A stretch of DNA of 64,000 nt from Christensenellaceae bacterium (GTDB lineage Bacteria > Bacillota > Clostridia > Christensenellales > Borkfalkiaceae): NCBI GenBank assembly GCA_045645865.1, contig JAZRJP010000019.1:9651-73650 (forward strand). The letters are read 5' to 3'. Shown piece after piece: positions 18,199-28,271 of this stretch. A program made the position numbers and the translations under genes. Position 1 is the first letter of the stretch. Every line of letters begins with the position of its first letter. Below the pieces are notes generated by a model. It had not been told where the DNA came from, did not search any database, and worked only from the letters and a program-made list of their open reading frames with translations.

Positions 18199-20445
18199 TT
18201 AAACAACTTTAAGATTATTTCTTGTAGAGTTTAATATTGCTAATATTAAAATACCAACGTCTGCACCTATTGCTAAAAATAAACTTGAACTTAAACCAAA
18301 TATTGCTAATACGCCTACTACTAATTTTACAAGTAACGATAACACTATGTTTTGCTTTGCAATAGCATTAGTTCTTTTTGCTATTTTAATTAAGAAAGGT
18401 ACTTTTGATAAGTCGTCGTTTGTAATAACTACGTCGGCACTATCAATAGTTAAATCACTACCTATACCTCCCATAACTATACCTACGTCTGCCCTTGATA
18501 ATGACGGAGCATCGTTTATGCCGTCGCCGACAAAGGCAACTTTTTTGTTTTTATTTATAGAAATTAACCTTTCAATTTCATTAACTTTATCTTGTGGTAA
18601 TAAGTTTGAAGCCGATTGTTTTATTTGTAATTCTTTACGAATTTTAACGGCGTATTCTTTATTATCGCCCGTCAACATTACGGTATTTTCAACACCTGCG
18701 TCGTAAAGTTCTAAAATTGCACCCCTTGCTCTATCCCTAATTTTATCGTTTAAAACGATAACACCTGCGTACTCTTTATTTACTGCAAGGTAAAGTTTCA
18801 TTCCTATATCTTTATTTTCTACGAAATTAACTCCGTTTTCAATCATTAATAATGCGTTACCACATAATAATTGTTGTCCTTGATAGTTACAAGAAATTCC
18901 CCTACCTGCTATTTCGACATAATCAGTAATTCCGTCAATTTTTTGGTTTGCCTTTTCTTTGATAGCAACGGCAATAAGGTGCGTAGAATATTGTTCGCAC
19001 ACGTTTGCTAAATTGAGAATTTGACCTTTATACTTTTCAACGGCTTGAATTTTTGAAATTTCAAACTTGCCTTGCGTAAGCGTACCCGTTTTATCGAACG
19101 CTACTACTTTGCATTTTGATAATGCTTCTAAATAATTTGAACCTTTTACTAACACTCCGTTTAAAGCACAATTTCCAAGCCCGCAAAAATAAGTAAGTGG
19201 TACTGAAATTGCTATTGAGCAAGGGCAAGAAATACATAAAAGCATAATACCTTTTAAGATAAAATCACTTAAATAAGTTGAATAATCTTCTGTGAAAACA
19301 GGGCCTACAAAGGCTAATATTAAAGCACTAATTAATACGATTGGTGTATAAAATTTTGAGAATTTTTCAATAAATTTTTCACTTTTTGACTTTTTAGATT
19401 GACTTTCTTTTACTATATCTATAATAAGATTTATCGCACTTTCTTTATAAGTTTTAGTAGTTTTGATTTTTAAAAGACCGTCCGTACTAACGAAGCCACC
19501 TAAAACTTCTTCGCCTTCGTCAACCGTTCTTAAACAACTTTCACCCGTTAAGGCTTTTGTATCAACGTTTGCTCTTCCTTCTATTATAACGCCGTCGATA
19601 GCAATTTTTTCACCTGCTTTTACAACTACGATTTGTCCTACTTGAACGCTATTAGGGTCAACGGATTCTAACGAACCATCTTCTTTTAAAAGATTTACAG
19701 TTAACGGATTAAGATTTTTAAGTTTTTCGATAACTTTTTTAGAGTTGTCAACCATAGTGTCTTCAAAAAGTTCACCTACGGTGAATAATATCATAATGGC
19801 TACGGCTTCAACGGTATGACCTATTGCTATTGCCGAAAGAGAAGCAATACTCATTAATAAATTTTCATTAAAAAATTTCTTTTTAATAATTTTGTTTAAG
19901 GCTTCGAAAATTACTTCGTAACCAACTACAACGAAAGCAACTACTTGAACGTAACCTGCAACAACTTCGTCAACTAATGAAGATACGATAAAACTTGCTA
20001 TGAGTAAAAGGACCGATATTCCCATTTGTATTAATTTTACTTTGCGTTCTTTTGCGTCTGAGTGAGAATGTCCGTCGTCGTGCTCTTCTTCGGCTTCGTG
20101 CTCTTCGTGTTCTTCGTCTTGGTCGGCAATTTCTTCTTCGCTACTAACTTCGTTTTGGCTTTCGCTATCGAAAGTTGCAGAACTTTGATTAGATATTGCG
20201 TTATCGTCGTTTAAAGAATAAATTTCTTCATCGTCGAACATTGGCTCTGCATCGATATTATTGTTTTCTAAAATATTTAAAAGCGCTACCATAACGTCGT
20301 AGTCGTTTGCCGTTTCTAAATACTCGTAATACAATACGTTTTTATCTATTTGAACGCTACTTAAACCATTTACCGATTTAATTTGTTCGTTTGTTATATT
20401 TATTTCAACGTTTTTGGTGTTGATTTTAATTCTTCCTTTATTCAT
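18199..20445 (-). CDS. Heavy-metal (Cd/Zn/Co-type) translocating P1B-type ATPase
   Basis: 748 aa with a CPC motif (ISCPCSIAIS), DKTGTLT and GDGINDAP, plus a His/Glu-rich tract HEEHEAEEEHDDGHSHSD. The N-terminal HMA-like region has no CxxC. Confidence 0.85.
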   Translation of the reverse strand: MNKGRIKINTKNVEINITNEQIKSVNGLSSVQIDKNVLYYEYLETANDYDVMVALLNILENNNIDAEPMFDDEEIYSLNDDNAISNQSSATFDSESQNEVSSEEEIADQDEEHEEHEAEEEHDDGHSHSDAKERKVKLIQMGISVLLLIASFIVSSLVDEVVAGYVQVVAFVVVGYEVIFEALNKIIKKKFFNENLLMSIASLSAIAIGHTVEAVAIMILFTVGELFEDTMVDNSKKVIEKLKNLNPLTVNLLKEDGSLESVDPNSVQVGQIVVVKAGEKIAIDGVIIEGRANVDTKALTGESCLRTVDEGEEVLGGFVSTDGLLKIKTTKTYKESAINLIIDIVKESQSKKSKSEKFIEKFSKFYTPIVLISALILAFVGPVFTEDYSTYLSDFILKGIMLLCISCPCSIAISVPLTYFCGLGNCALNGVLVKGSNYLEALSKCKVVAFDKTGTLTQGKFEISKIQAVEKYKGQILNLANVCEQYSTHLIAVAIKEKANQKIDGITDYVEIAGRGISCNYQGQQLLCGNALLMIENGVNFVENKDIGMKLYLAVNKEYAGVIVLNDKIRDRARGAILELYDAGVENTVMLTGDNKEYAVKIRKELQIKQSASNLLPQDKVNEIERLISINKNKKVAFVGDGINDAPSLSRADVGIVMGGIGSDLTIDSADVVITNDDLSKVPFLIKIAKRTNAIAKQNIVLSLLVKLVVGVLAIFGLSSSLFLAIGADVGILILAILNSTRNNLKVV

Positions 20446-20458
20446 ATTGCCCCCCTAA

Positions 20459-20758
20459 TTAACAGCCTAAATGATTAATTGACGTTTGTATTATTGTTTT
20501 TACGTGTTCGTCAGAAATATAATAGTAGTTTACGTTTGCATCACGCCTTACTTTTACAATTTTAACGTCTTTTAATATGCGTAAATGATGCGACGTTGCC
20601 GATTGACCTAAATTTATATGTTGACTAATAGCCCCTACACTTTGCTCTCCACCTAATAAAAATAATATTATTTTTAACCTATTTACGTCAGATAAGGCCT
20701 TAAAATCATTACATAAACTTTCGATATTAGTTTCTGTTAAGTTTATTTGTTTGTTCAT
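20459..20758 (-). CDS. ArsR/SmtB family metalloregulator (CadC-like), first gene of the ATPase operon
   Basis: HTH region VGAISQHINLGQSATSHHLRILKDVKIV. I moved the start to Met11 (MNKQ), which is preceded by AAGGGGGAA. Confidence 0.8.
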   Translation of the reverse strand: MNKQINLTETNIESLCNDFKALSDVNRLKIILFLLGGEQSVGAISQHINLGQSATSHHLRILKDVKIVKVRRDANVNYYYISDEHVKTIIQTSINHLGC

Positions 20759-20768
20759 TAGTTCCCCC

Positions 20769-20788
20769 TTGATATAAACGAATATCAA
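20769..20788. promoter_or_regulatory. Candidate ArsR/CadC operator (inverted repeat)
   Basis: TTGATAT-AAACGA-ATATCAA is a perfect 7-6-7 palindrome between the predicted promoter (TTGACA rc 20823-20828, 17 nt, TAAAAT rc 20800-20805) and the RBS. Confidence 0.45.
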
Positions 20789-20959
20789 AATATATTAATA
20801 TTTTAATATACTATAATTAATTTGTCAATAATTTGTTAAAATTTTTATTAAGAAAATTATAATGGCAAGTATATTGTAATAAATATTGTCAAAACCCTTG
20901 TAAAAATGCTAAAAAAATGCTATATTGTTATTGAATAACAATAAAATGGTGGCAAATTA

Positions 20960-23515
20960 ATGAAAAATAAAGATAAAAAACAAATAACTACCAACGAAAT
21001 AGTACAAGAAACTACTTTAACGACTGACGAAATGGCTGTAAATAAAGAAAACGTTAAGCGTAAATTAAAGGTAAAAAGGGTTAAAGTTAAGCATCAAGAT
21101 GCTGAAAGATTTAATCCGTCTATTGATAAAGGGCTTACAACTGAACAAGTTGAATCACGAATTATCGACGGACTTACTAATAAAGTTACGACAAAATACT
21201 CTAAAAGCGTATTTTCAATTATTACGTCTAACTTATTAACGTTTTTTAACTTTTTATACCTTATAGTTTTTATTGCCTATTCTATTGCTCAACTTAAACC
21301 AAGCAGTTTTTTATTTTTGGTTGTAGTTATTCCTAATACGTTGTTTAGCATTATTTTAGAAATTAACGCTAAATATTCCGTAGAAAAACTTTCAATTTTA
21401 CAATCTCCCGTAACAACAGTTATCCGTAATGGCATTGAAGAAGAAATTCCTTCAAGTGAAGTTGTTTTAGACGATATTTTTAAAATATCTACGGGTAATC
21501 AAATTCCTGTTGATGGATATATTCGTTCAGGTTACGTTGAAATTAACGAATCGCTTTTAACAGGTGAATCGGTTGCCGTTAAAAAGACGGTTGGCGACCC
21601 TATTTTGGCGGGAAGTTTTATAACAAGCGGTACTTGTATTGCTATTGCCGACAAAGTTGGCGATGAAAGTTACGTTCAAAAATTAACGGCGAAAGCAAAA
21701 AAATATAAAAAACCACAAAGCGAACTTATGAAAACGATTATGTGGATAGTTAAAATAGTTGGTATTTTGATTGTTCCTATGGCGTTTGGTATCGGACTTG
21801 TAAACTATAATCAGTTATTAGGTGCTGAAAATATAGTTAAAGCCGTAGTTGAAAGTACCGGCCCTGTTATTTTAGGTATGATACCTGCCGGATTAATTTT
21901 GCTTACAACTATTGCTTTTGCTCTTGGTGTTATAAGGCTTTCGTGGAATAAAACGCTTGTTCAAGATATGTATTCTCTTGAAATGCTTGCAAGAGTTGAC
22001 GTTTTATGTCTTGACAAAACGGGAACTATTACTGACGGACGTATGAAAGTTGTTGAAACTATACCACTTTGCGAACACCCTTATTCGTTAAACGATATTA
22101 TCGGCTCAATGGAGAAGGTTTTAGAAGATACTAACCAAACGGCTACTGCCCTTCGTGACGAATTTATTACTGAAAACGTATTGCCGTCGATTAAGGCTTT
22201 ACCATTTTCGTCAAAAAGAAAATTAAGCGCCGTTACCTTTAAAGATATAGGCACTTATGCTATTGGTGCTCCTGAATTTGTTTTAACGGATATTCCTGAA
22301 AAATTAAGAACTCAAATTGACGAATACGCTTTAAAAGGCAACCGTGTTTTATTACTTGCACATTCTAATAGTCAAATTACGTCGAAAGATACGATACCTT
22401 TAACAATGAAACCCGTTGCTTTAATAATTATTACCGACAATATTAGACCTGAGGCATTAGATACAATTAAATGGTTTAAAGAAAATAAAGTTGAAGTAAA
22501 AGTTATTTCTGGTGATAACCCTGTTACCGTTTCGGAAATTGCGTCAAGAGCAGGTATTACAAACGCTTCTAACTGGGTAAGTTTAGAAGGTTTAAGCGAT
22601 AACGAAGTTGAACTTGTTGCTAATAGTTATACGGTATTTGGACGTGTTTCTCCTGACCAAAAGGCTATTTTAGTTAGGGCTATGAAACGTGCAGGACATA
22701 CCGTTGCTATGACGGGCGATGGTGTAAACGACATTTTAGCAATGAAAGATGCCGACTGTGCCGTTACCGTTGCAAGTGGTGCTGACGCTGCTAAAAACGT
22801 TGCTCATATCGTTTTAACCGATAATAACTTTAATTCGTTGCCAAAGGTTGTTGCACAAGGTAGAAGAGTTGTTAATAATATTCAACAATCGGCTTCCCTT
22901 TACGTAATGAAAAACATATTTATATGTTTACTTTCAATAATTTCAATAGCATCGCTTACACCGTTCCCTTTCAAAACACCTCACTTAACTATGCTTGAAA
23001 CGGTCGTTTTAGGCTTTGCTACTACTCTACTTGCTATTCAACCTAACAACAAACCTATTGAAGGCGACTTCTTGCTTACTATAATTAGCAACGCAATTCC
23101 TGGCGCTTTGATATTACTTTTTAACGTTTACCTAATAGAATTCCTTAATATGTTTGGTATTTTCGGTGCAGATAACGAACTTTTATTAAGAACAGTTCAA
23201 GTCGTTACATTCTCGTTTGCAAGCGTTGTTTACTTAATTAAAATTTGTAAACCTTTAAACTTATGGCGTTCAATTGTTGTTACGGCTGTTATAGTTATTA
23301 TGGTTGTTTGGGCATTCTTCTTGCTTGATTTTAGATTACCTGTTGACGCTCCACAAAGTTTCTTTGAGTTACAAGCACTTACTTTAAGTGGCGATTCGTG
23401 GAAATATCCGTTGTTAATTCTTTCAATAACACAACTTAATTTCCCTTTAATTAATTTATTAATTAATATGACTAAAAAAATAACTAAAAACAAGAAAATT
23501 AACGTGTACGAATAA
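20960..23515 (+). CDS. Cation-translocating P-type ATPase (HAD-IC family), specificity unclear
   Basis: 851 aa with DKTGTITDG and TGDGVNDILAMKDADCAV. The TM4 motif reads IPAGL rather than PEGL. A terminator lies at 23521-23556. Confidence 0.8.
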   Translation: MKNKDKKQITTNEIVQETTLTTDEMAVNKENVKRKLKVKRVKVKHQDAERFNPSIDKGLTTEQVESRIIDGLTNKVTTKYSKSVFSIITSNLLTFFNFLYLIVFIAYSIAQLKPSSFLFLVVVIPNTLFSIILEINAKYSVEKLSILQSPVTTVIRNGIEEEIPSSEVVLDDIFKISTGNQIPVDGYIRSGYVEINESLLTGESVAVKKTVGDPILAGSFITSGTCIAIADKVGDESYVQKLTAKAKKYKKPQSELMKTIMWIVKIVGILIVPMAFGIGLVNYNQLLGAENIVKAVVESTGPVILGMIPAGLILLTTIAFALGVIRLSWNKTLVQDMYSLEMLARVDVLCLDKTGTITDGRMKVVETIPLCEHPYSLNDIIGSMEKVLEDTNQTATALRDEFITENVLPSIKALPFSSKRKLSAVTFKDIGTYAIGAPEFVLTDIPEKLRTQIDEYALKGNRVLLLAHSNSQITSKDTIPLTMKPVALIIITDNIRPEALDTIKWFKENKVEVKVISGDNPVTVSEIASRAGITNASNWVSLEGLSDNEVELVANSYTVFGRVSPDQKAILVRAMKRAGHTVAMTGDGVNDILAMKDADCAVTVASGADAAKNVAHIVLTDNNFNSLPKVVAQGRRVVNNIQQSASLYVMKNIFICLLSIISIASLTPFPFKTPHLTMLETVVLGFATTLLAIQPNNKPIEGDFLLTIISNAIPGALILLFNVYLIEFLNMFGIFGADNELLLRTVQVVTFSFASVVYLIKICKPLNLWRSIVVTAVIVIMVVWAFFLLDFRLPVDAPQSFFELQALTLSGDSWKYPLLILSITQLNFPLINLLINMTKKITKNKKINVYE

Positions 23516-23520
23516 TTATT

Positions 23521-23556
23521 AAACCCTGTAAAATTTCTTTACAGGGTTTTTTATTT
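23521..23556 (+). terminator. Intrinsic terminator of the P-type ATPase gene
   Basis: AAACCCTGTAAA (23521-23532) pairs with TTTACAGGGTTT (23538-23549), followed by a T-run. Confidence 0.8.
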
Positions 23557-23574
23557 TACAATTTCATTACAATA

Positions 23575-23604
23575 AAAAGAGATAACGCAAGGTTATCTCT
23601 TTTA
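23575..23604 (-). terminator. Intrinsic terminator after gyrA
   Basis: AAAAGAGATAAC pairs with GTTATCTCTTTT. A U-run follows on the minus strand. Confidence 0.75.
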
Positions 23605-23607
23605 ACT

Positions 23608-26157
23608 TTATTCAGTTACTTGGTTTTCTTCTTGAACGTCAGCGCTTTCGCCTTCAATTTCTTGTTCTTCTTCGTGAGGTACAACTGCTACCGTTGCAAC
23701 TTTACCTCCGTCTAAACGCATTACTATTACGCCTTGCGTATCTCTACCTAAAAGCGAAATATCTTCTGATTTAATTCTTATAATAATGCCGTTGTCAGAT
23801 ATAAGTAAAATATCTTGGTCGCTTGACACAAAACCTATATACGATGGTAAGCCCGTTTTTTCATTATATACGCCCGATTTAATACCTTTACCTGCTCTAC
23901 CTTGAAGCCTATAATCGTCAATTCTACTACGCTTACCATAGCCGTTTTCAGTAATAGTAATTAATTCTAATTCCTTATTAACAACTGCCATTGAGATAAG
24001 TTCATCGTCGTCTAAATCCATCGCTTTAACACCTTGCGTATCTCTGCCGATAGGTTTTAATCCGTACGTACCTCTTTCTTCGTCAAGGCCTTCGTAGAAA
24101 CGAATACATTTACCTTTTTTAGTTGCAATAAATATTTCGTCTTCACCCGTTGTGAATTGTACTGAAACAAGTTCGTCGCCTTCATTTAAACTGATTGCTA
24201 TTTTACCCGTTTTTCTAATACTTTCAAACTCTTTAAGGTCAGTCTTTTTAATAAGACCTTTTCTTGTAGCCATTGCGATATAGCCCGTAGTAGTTTCCTT
24301 TAAAGGTATTATTGCGTTAACCTTTTCGCCTTCTGAAATTTGAATAAGGTTGATAACTGCTCTACCCCTTGCCGTTCTTTGAGCCTCAGGTATTTCATAG
24401 CCCTTGATTTTATATACTTTACCAAAGTTAGTAAAGAATAATAAATCGTCGTGCGTTGAACTTACGAACATATTTTCAACAAAGTCTTCTTCTTTTGGTT
24501 TGTGTCCCGTAATACCTTTACCACCACGGCGTTGTGAATGATATTCTTTTACAGGTAAACGTTTTACGTAACCTAAGTGCGTCATTGAAATTACTACGTC
24601 TTCTTTTGGAATTAAAGCAGCGTCTTCAATATCGCCGTCGGCAATTGAAATTTCACTCTTTCTTTCTTCTGCGTATTTTTCTTTAATTAAAAGCAAGTCT
24701 TGTTTAATAATAGCGTCTATTCTACTTGGAGTTGCTATTATATCTTTAAGGTCTGTTATTAACGCCATTAATTCATCGTATTCGGCTTGAAGTTTTGATA
24801 CGGCAAGGTTTGTTAACGTTTGCAATCTCATATCTAAAATTGCGCCTGCTTGACGACCTTGTGCATCTAAATCAAATTCGTTTGTTAAGCGAATAGAAGC
24901 ATCGTTACGGTCCTTAGACGTTTTGATTATTGAGATAACTTTATCAATATCTTGTAACGCTTTTAATAAACCTGCTACGATTAAGCACCTTTCTTCTGCT
25001 TTTTCTAAATCGAATTTAACACGCCTTAAAACAACGTCCCTTTGATGTTGTAAATAATATTCTAAAATTTCTTTTAAATTAAGAACCTTAGGGTCTGTTC
25101 CTACAAGAGCAAGTAATATTATACCGTCTGAACTTTGTAATTTTGTTTGTTTGTATAACGAATTTAATACGACTTGTGGATTTGCGTCTTTTTTAACGTC
25201 GATAACGATACGCATACCTTGTCTATCAGATTCGTCGTTTACGTTTGCTATACCTTCTAAACGTTTTTCTTTAACGTAGTCGGCAATAGTTTCAATAAGT
25301 TTTTGTTTATTTACTTGATATGGAATTTCAGTAACGATTATACGTGTACGACCGTTAGGCAATTCTTCAATTTCACATTTTGAACGTAAAACGTAATTAC
25401 CCCTACCCGTTCTATATGCGTTCCTAATTCCACTTCTTCCCATTAATATACCACCTGTTGGAAAATCTGGGGCAGGTATAAAGTCGATAAGTTCGTCAAT
25501 AGAGATTTCTGGATTATCAATTAATGCTACTGCACCATCGATAACTTCGCCTAAATTGTGTGGAGGTATATTAGTTGCCATACCTACGGCAATACCATCA
25601 GAACCATTTACTAAAAGGTTTGGATACCTTGCTGGTAAAACTACCGGTTCTTTTCTCGTATCGTCGAAGTTTGACTTCATATCAACGGTATTTTTGTCGA
25701 TATCACGGAGCATTTCAAGTGCAAGTTTAGTCATTTTTGCTTCGGTGTACCTGTACGCTGCGGCAGGGTCGCCGTCAACTGAACCGAAGTTACCGTGACC
25801 ATCAACAAGTGGTAAATTAGTTGAAAAGTCTTGCGCTAATCTTACAAGTGCATCGTAAACTGAACTATCGCCGTGTGGGTGATATTTACCAAGCACGTCA
25901 CCGACGATTGTAGCACACTTTTTAAAGGCTTTATCGGGCGTTAAACCTATTTCGTTCATAGAATATAATATTCTTCTATGAACAGGTTTTAAACCGTCTC
26001 TAACGTCGGGAATAGCCCTTGACCTATTTACAGCCATCGCATAGTCTATAAAACTTTGGCGTAATTCAGCATCAACTTCAATATTAACAAGTTTTGTCAT
26101 TGACAAGGTCTTTTTAAATTCAGCCGTCAATTCTTCGCTTATTTTTTGTTTAGCCAT
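23608..26157 (-). CDS. gyrA: DNA gyrase subunit A
   Basis: 849 aa with [28 protein letters not shown] and [11 protein letters not shown] canonical GyrA box QRRGGKG is present, and the C-terminal tail is acidic. Confidence 0.92.
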   Translation of the reverse strand: MAKQKISEELTAEFKKTLSMTKLVNIEVDAELRQSFIDYAMAVNRSRAIPDVRDGLKPVHRRILYSMNEIGLTPDKAFKKCATIVGDVLGKYHPHGDSSVYDALVRLAQDFSTNLPLVDGHGNFGSVDGDPAAAYRYTEAKMTKLALEMLRDIDKNTVDMKSNFDDTRKEPVVLPARYPNLLVNGSDGIAVGMATNIPPHNLGEVIDGAVALIDNPEISIDELIDFIPAPDFPTGGILMGRSGIRNAYRTGRGNYVLRSKCEIEELPNGRTRIIVTEIPYQVNKQKLIETIADYVKEKRLEGIANVNDESDRQGMRIVIDVKKDANPQVVLNSLYKQTKLQSSDGIILLALVGTDPKVLNLKEILEYYLQHQRDVVLRRVKFDLEKAEERCLIVAGLLKALQDIDKVISIIKTSKDRNDASIRLTNEFDLDAQGRQAGAILDMRLQTLTNLAVSKLQAEYDELMALITDLKDIIATPSRIDAIIKQDLLLIKEKYAEERKSEISIADGDIEDAALIPKEDVVISMTHLGYVKRLPVKEYHSQRRGGKGITGHKPKEEDFVENMFVSSTHDDLLFFTNFGKVYKIKGYEIPEAQRTARGRAVINLIQISEGEKVNAIIPLKETTTGYIAMATRKGLIKKTDLKEFESIRKTGKIAISLNEGDELVSVQFTTGEDEIFIATKKGKCIRFYEGLDEERGTYGLKPIGRDTQGVKAMDLDDDELISMAVVNKELELITITENGYGKRSRIDDYRLQGRAGKGIKSGVYNEKTGLPSYIGFVSSDQDILLISDNGIIIRIKSEDISLLGRDTQGVIVMRLDGGKVATVAVVPHEEEQEIEGESADVQEENQVTE

Positions 26158-26174
26158 TTTCTATCCCCCCTTTA

Positions 26175-28085
26175 TTAAGTATCAAGTTCTGTATTTGCAA
26201 ATTTTGCATTTTCTTCAATGAACTTACGACGAAGTTCTGGTTGGTCGCCCATTAAAATTGTAAAATGAGCATCTGCTTCAACTGCGTCTTGTATAGTTAC
26301 ACGCCTTAACGTTCTTGTTTCAGGATTCATAGTCGTTTCCCAAAGTTGATTTTTGTCCATTTCACCTAAACCTTTGTAACGTTGGATATCGCACTTTTCA
26401 TTTTCTTTACAAAATGCTTCTTTATCTTCTTCTGTATAGAAGTAATAATCTTGTTTGCCTTTTGTAATTTTATATAATGGTGGTTGTGCTATATAAACGT
26501 GGCCTTCTTCAACAAGCGGACGCATAAAACGATAGAAGAACGTTAATAAAAGTATTCTAATATGCGAACCGTCAACGTCGGCGTCGGTCATACAAATAAT
26601 TCTATCGTAACGGAGTTTTTCAACCTTAAAGTCGTCAAGCATACCTGCACCGAAAGCAGTTATCATAGCCTTGATTTCTTCATTTTCTAAAACCCTGTTA
26701 ATTCTTGTTTTTTCAACGTTTAAGATTTTACCCCTAAGTGGTAAAACGGCTTGGAAACGCCTATCTCTACCTTGTTTTGCAGTACCACCTGCCGAATCAC
26801 CTTCTACAAGGTAAATTTCACAAAGTTCAGGGTCTTTACTTGAACAATCTGAAAGTTTGCCTGGTAAAGAAGAAGATTCGAACACGCCTTTACGTGTTGC
26901 TTCACGAGCCTTTCTTGCCGCTTCACGAGCCTTTTTAGCGTTTAAACACTTAAATATAAGTTCTTTTGTAAACGACGGATTTTCTTCTAAATAAGAGCCT
27001 ACTTCTTCTGTCATTGATTTAACGACTAATGCTCTCATATCAGTGTTACCAAGTTTAGTTTTTGTTTGACCTTCAAATTGAGGATTTACAAGTTTAACTG
27101 AAATTACGGCTGCAATACCTTCCCTTACGTCTTCGCCTGAAAGTTTATCATCGTCAGTTTTTAACACGTTTAACTTTCTACCTGCATCGTTGATAAGTTT
27201 TGTTAAAGACGCTTTAAAACCATCAAGGTGCGTACCACCTTCAACGTTGTTTACGTTGTTTGCAAAGGCTAAAATATGTTCGTCGTAACCGGTGTTGTAT
27301 TGAAGTGCGATTTCAATAGTTTCTTTACCATATTTCTTTTTGAAATAGATAGGTTCAAAAGGTATAACTTCTTTATTTTTGTTAAGAATTTGTACGTATT
27401 CTTTAATACCACCTTCTGAATATAAAGTATCGGTTTTTTCCCTACCTTCTCTTTCGTCTGTTAAAATAAGTTTTACACCTGTGTTTAAGTAGGCAAAGTC
27501 CCTAAGCATACTTCTAATCGTATCGTAACTAAAATCAACGGTAGAGAAAATAGTTGCGTCTGGCTTAAAGGTAATGCAAGTTCCTGTTTCATTAACTTGT
27601 TCAAGTTCTAATAAGGCTGTTTGAGGTACACCTATTTTATATTCTTGACGATAGTGTTTGCCGTTTTGGTAAACATCAACACTTGCATATTCACTTAATG
27701 CGTTTACGGCTTTTAAACCTACACCGTGTAAACCCGAAGAAATTTCATAACCACCATCACCGAACTTACCACCTGCGTTAGGGTGCGTCATTACAAGTTC
27801 AACGGTAGATATACCTTCTTCACGCATACCTGTTGGAATACCACGACCGTTATCACGAATAGAACAAGAACCGTCTTTATGAATTACAACTGAAATAGTA
27901 TCACAGTAACCTGCTAACGCTTCGTCAATAGAGTTATCAACCGTTTCTTTAACTAAGTGGTGCAAGCCGTAACTATCAGTGTTACGAATATACATACCTG
28001 GCCTTAACCTAATATGTTCAAGACCCTTACACTCTCTAATCTGGTCGGCGCCATAAGCGTTTACAACTTTGTTATCACTTTCCAT
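26175..28085 (-). CDS. gyrB: DNA gyrase subunit B
   Basis: 636 aa with LEHIRLRPGMYI, the Toprim motif EGDSAGG, DADVDGSHI and [15 protein letters not shown] lies upstream of the ATG. Confidence 0.92.
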   Translation of the reverse strand: MESDNKVVNAYGADQIRECKGLEHIRLRPGMYIRNTDSYGLHHLVKETVDNSIDEALAGYCDTISVVIHKDGSCSIRDNGRGIPTGMREEGISTVELVMTHPNAGGKFGDGGYEISSGLHGVGLKAVNALSEYASVDVYQNGKHYRQEYKIGVPQTALLELEQVNETGTCITFKPDATIFSTVDFSYDTIRSMLRDFAYLNTGVKLILTDEREGREKTDTLYSEGGIKEYVQILNKNKEVIPFEPIYFKKKYGKETIEIALQYNTGYDEHILAFANNVNNVEGGTHLDGFKASLTKLINDAGRKLNVLKTDDDKLSGEDVREGIAAVISVKLVNPQFEGQTKTKLGNTDMRALVVKSMTEEVGSYLEENPSFTKELIFKCLNAKKAREAARKAREATRKGVFESSSLPGKLSDCSSKDPELCEIYLVEGDSAGGTAKQGRDRRFQAVLPLRGKILNVEKTRINRVLENEEIKAMITAFGAGMLDDFKVEKLRYDRIICMTDADVDGSHIRILLLTFFYRFMRPLVEEGHVYIAQPPLYKITKGKQDYYFYTEEDKEAFCKENEKCDIQRYKGLGEMDKNQLWETTMNPETRTLRRVTIQDAVEADAHFTILMGDQPELRRKFIEENAKFANTELDT

Positions 28086-28271
28086 ATTACTCCTTAATAG
28101 TATATAAATATACTTATAATATAATATATACTATTATAACATATATATTTAATTTTGCAAACACTTTTTAATAAAAAATTAATAATATTTCATATTATTA
28201 ATCGATAAAAAACGATAAAGTTTTTAAATATAAAAAAACTACGCTGTTTAGCGTAGATTTTTTATGTATTT

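Noticed and set aside
20789-20959. M-box (Mg) or another riboswitch upstream of the second P-type ATPase
   Set aside because: The leader downstream of the best promoter candidate is only about 40 nt, with one short hairpin. That is too short and lacks conserved riboswitch cores.
28086-28271. The AT-rich region upstream of gyrB as a replication origin
   Set aside because: I found no TTATCCACA-type DnaA boxes, and dnaA, dnaN and recF are absent. It looks like an ordinary promoter region plus the terminator of the upstream gene.
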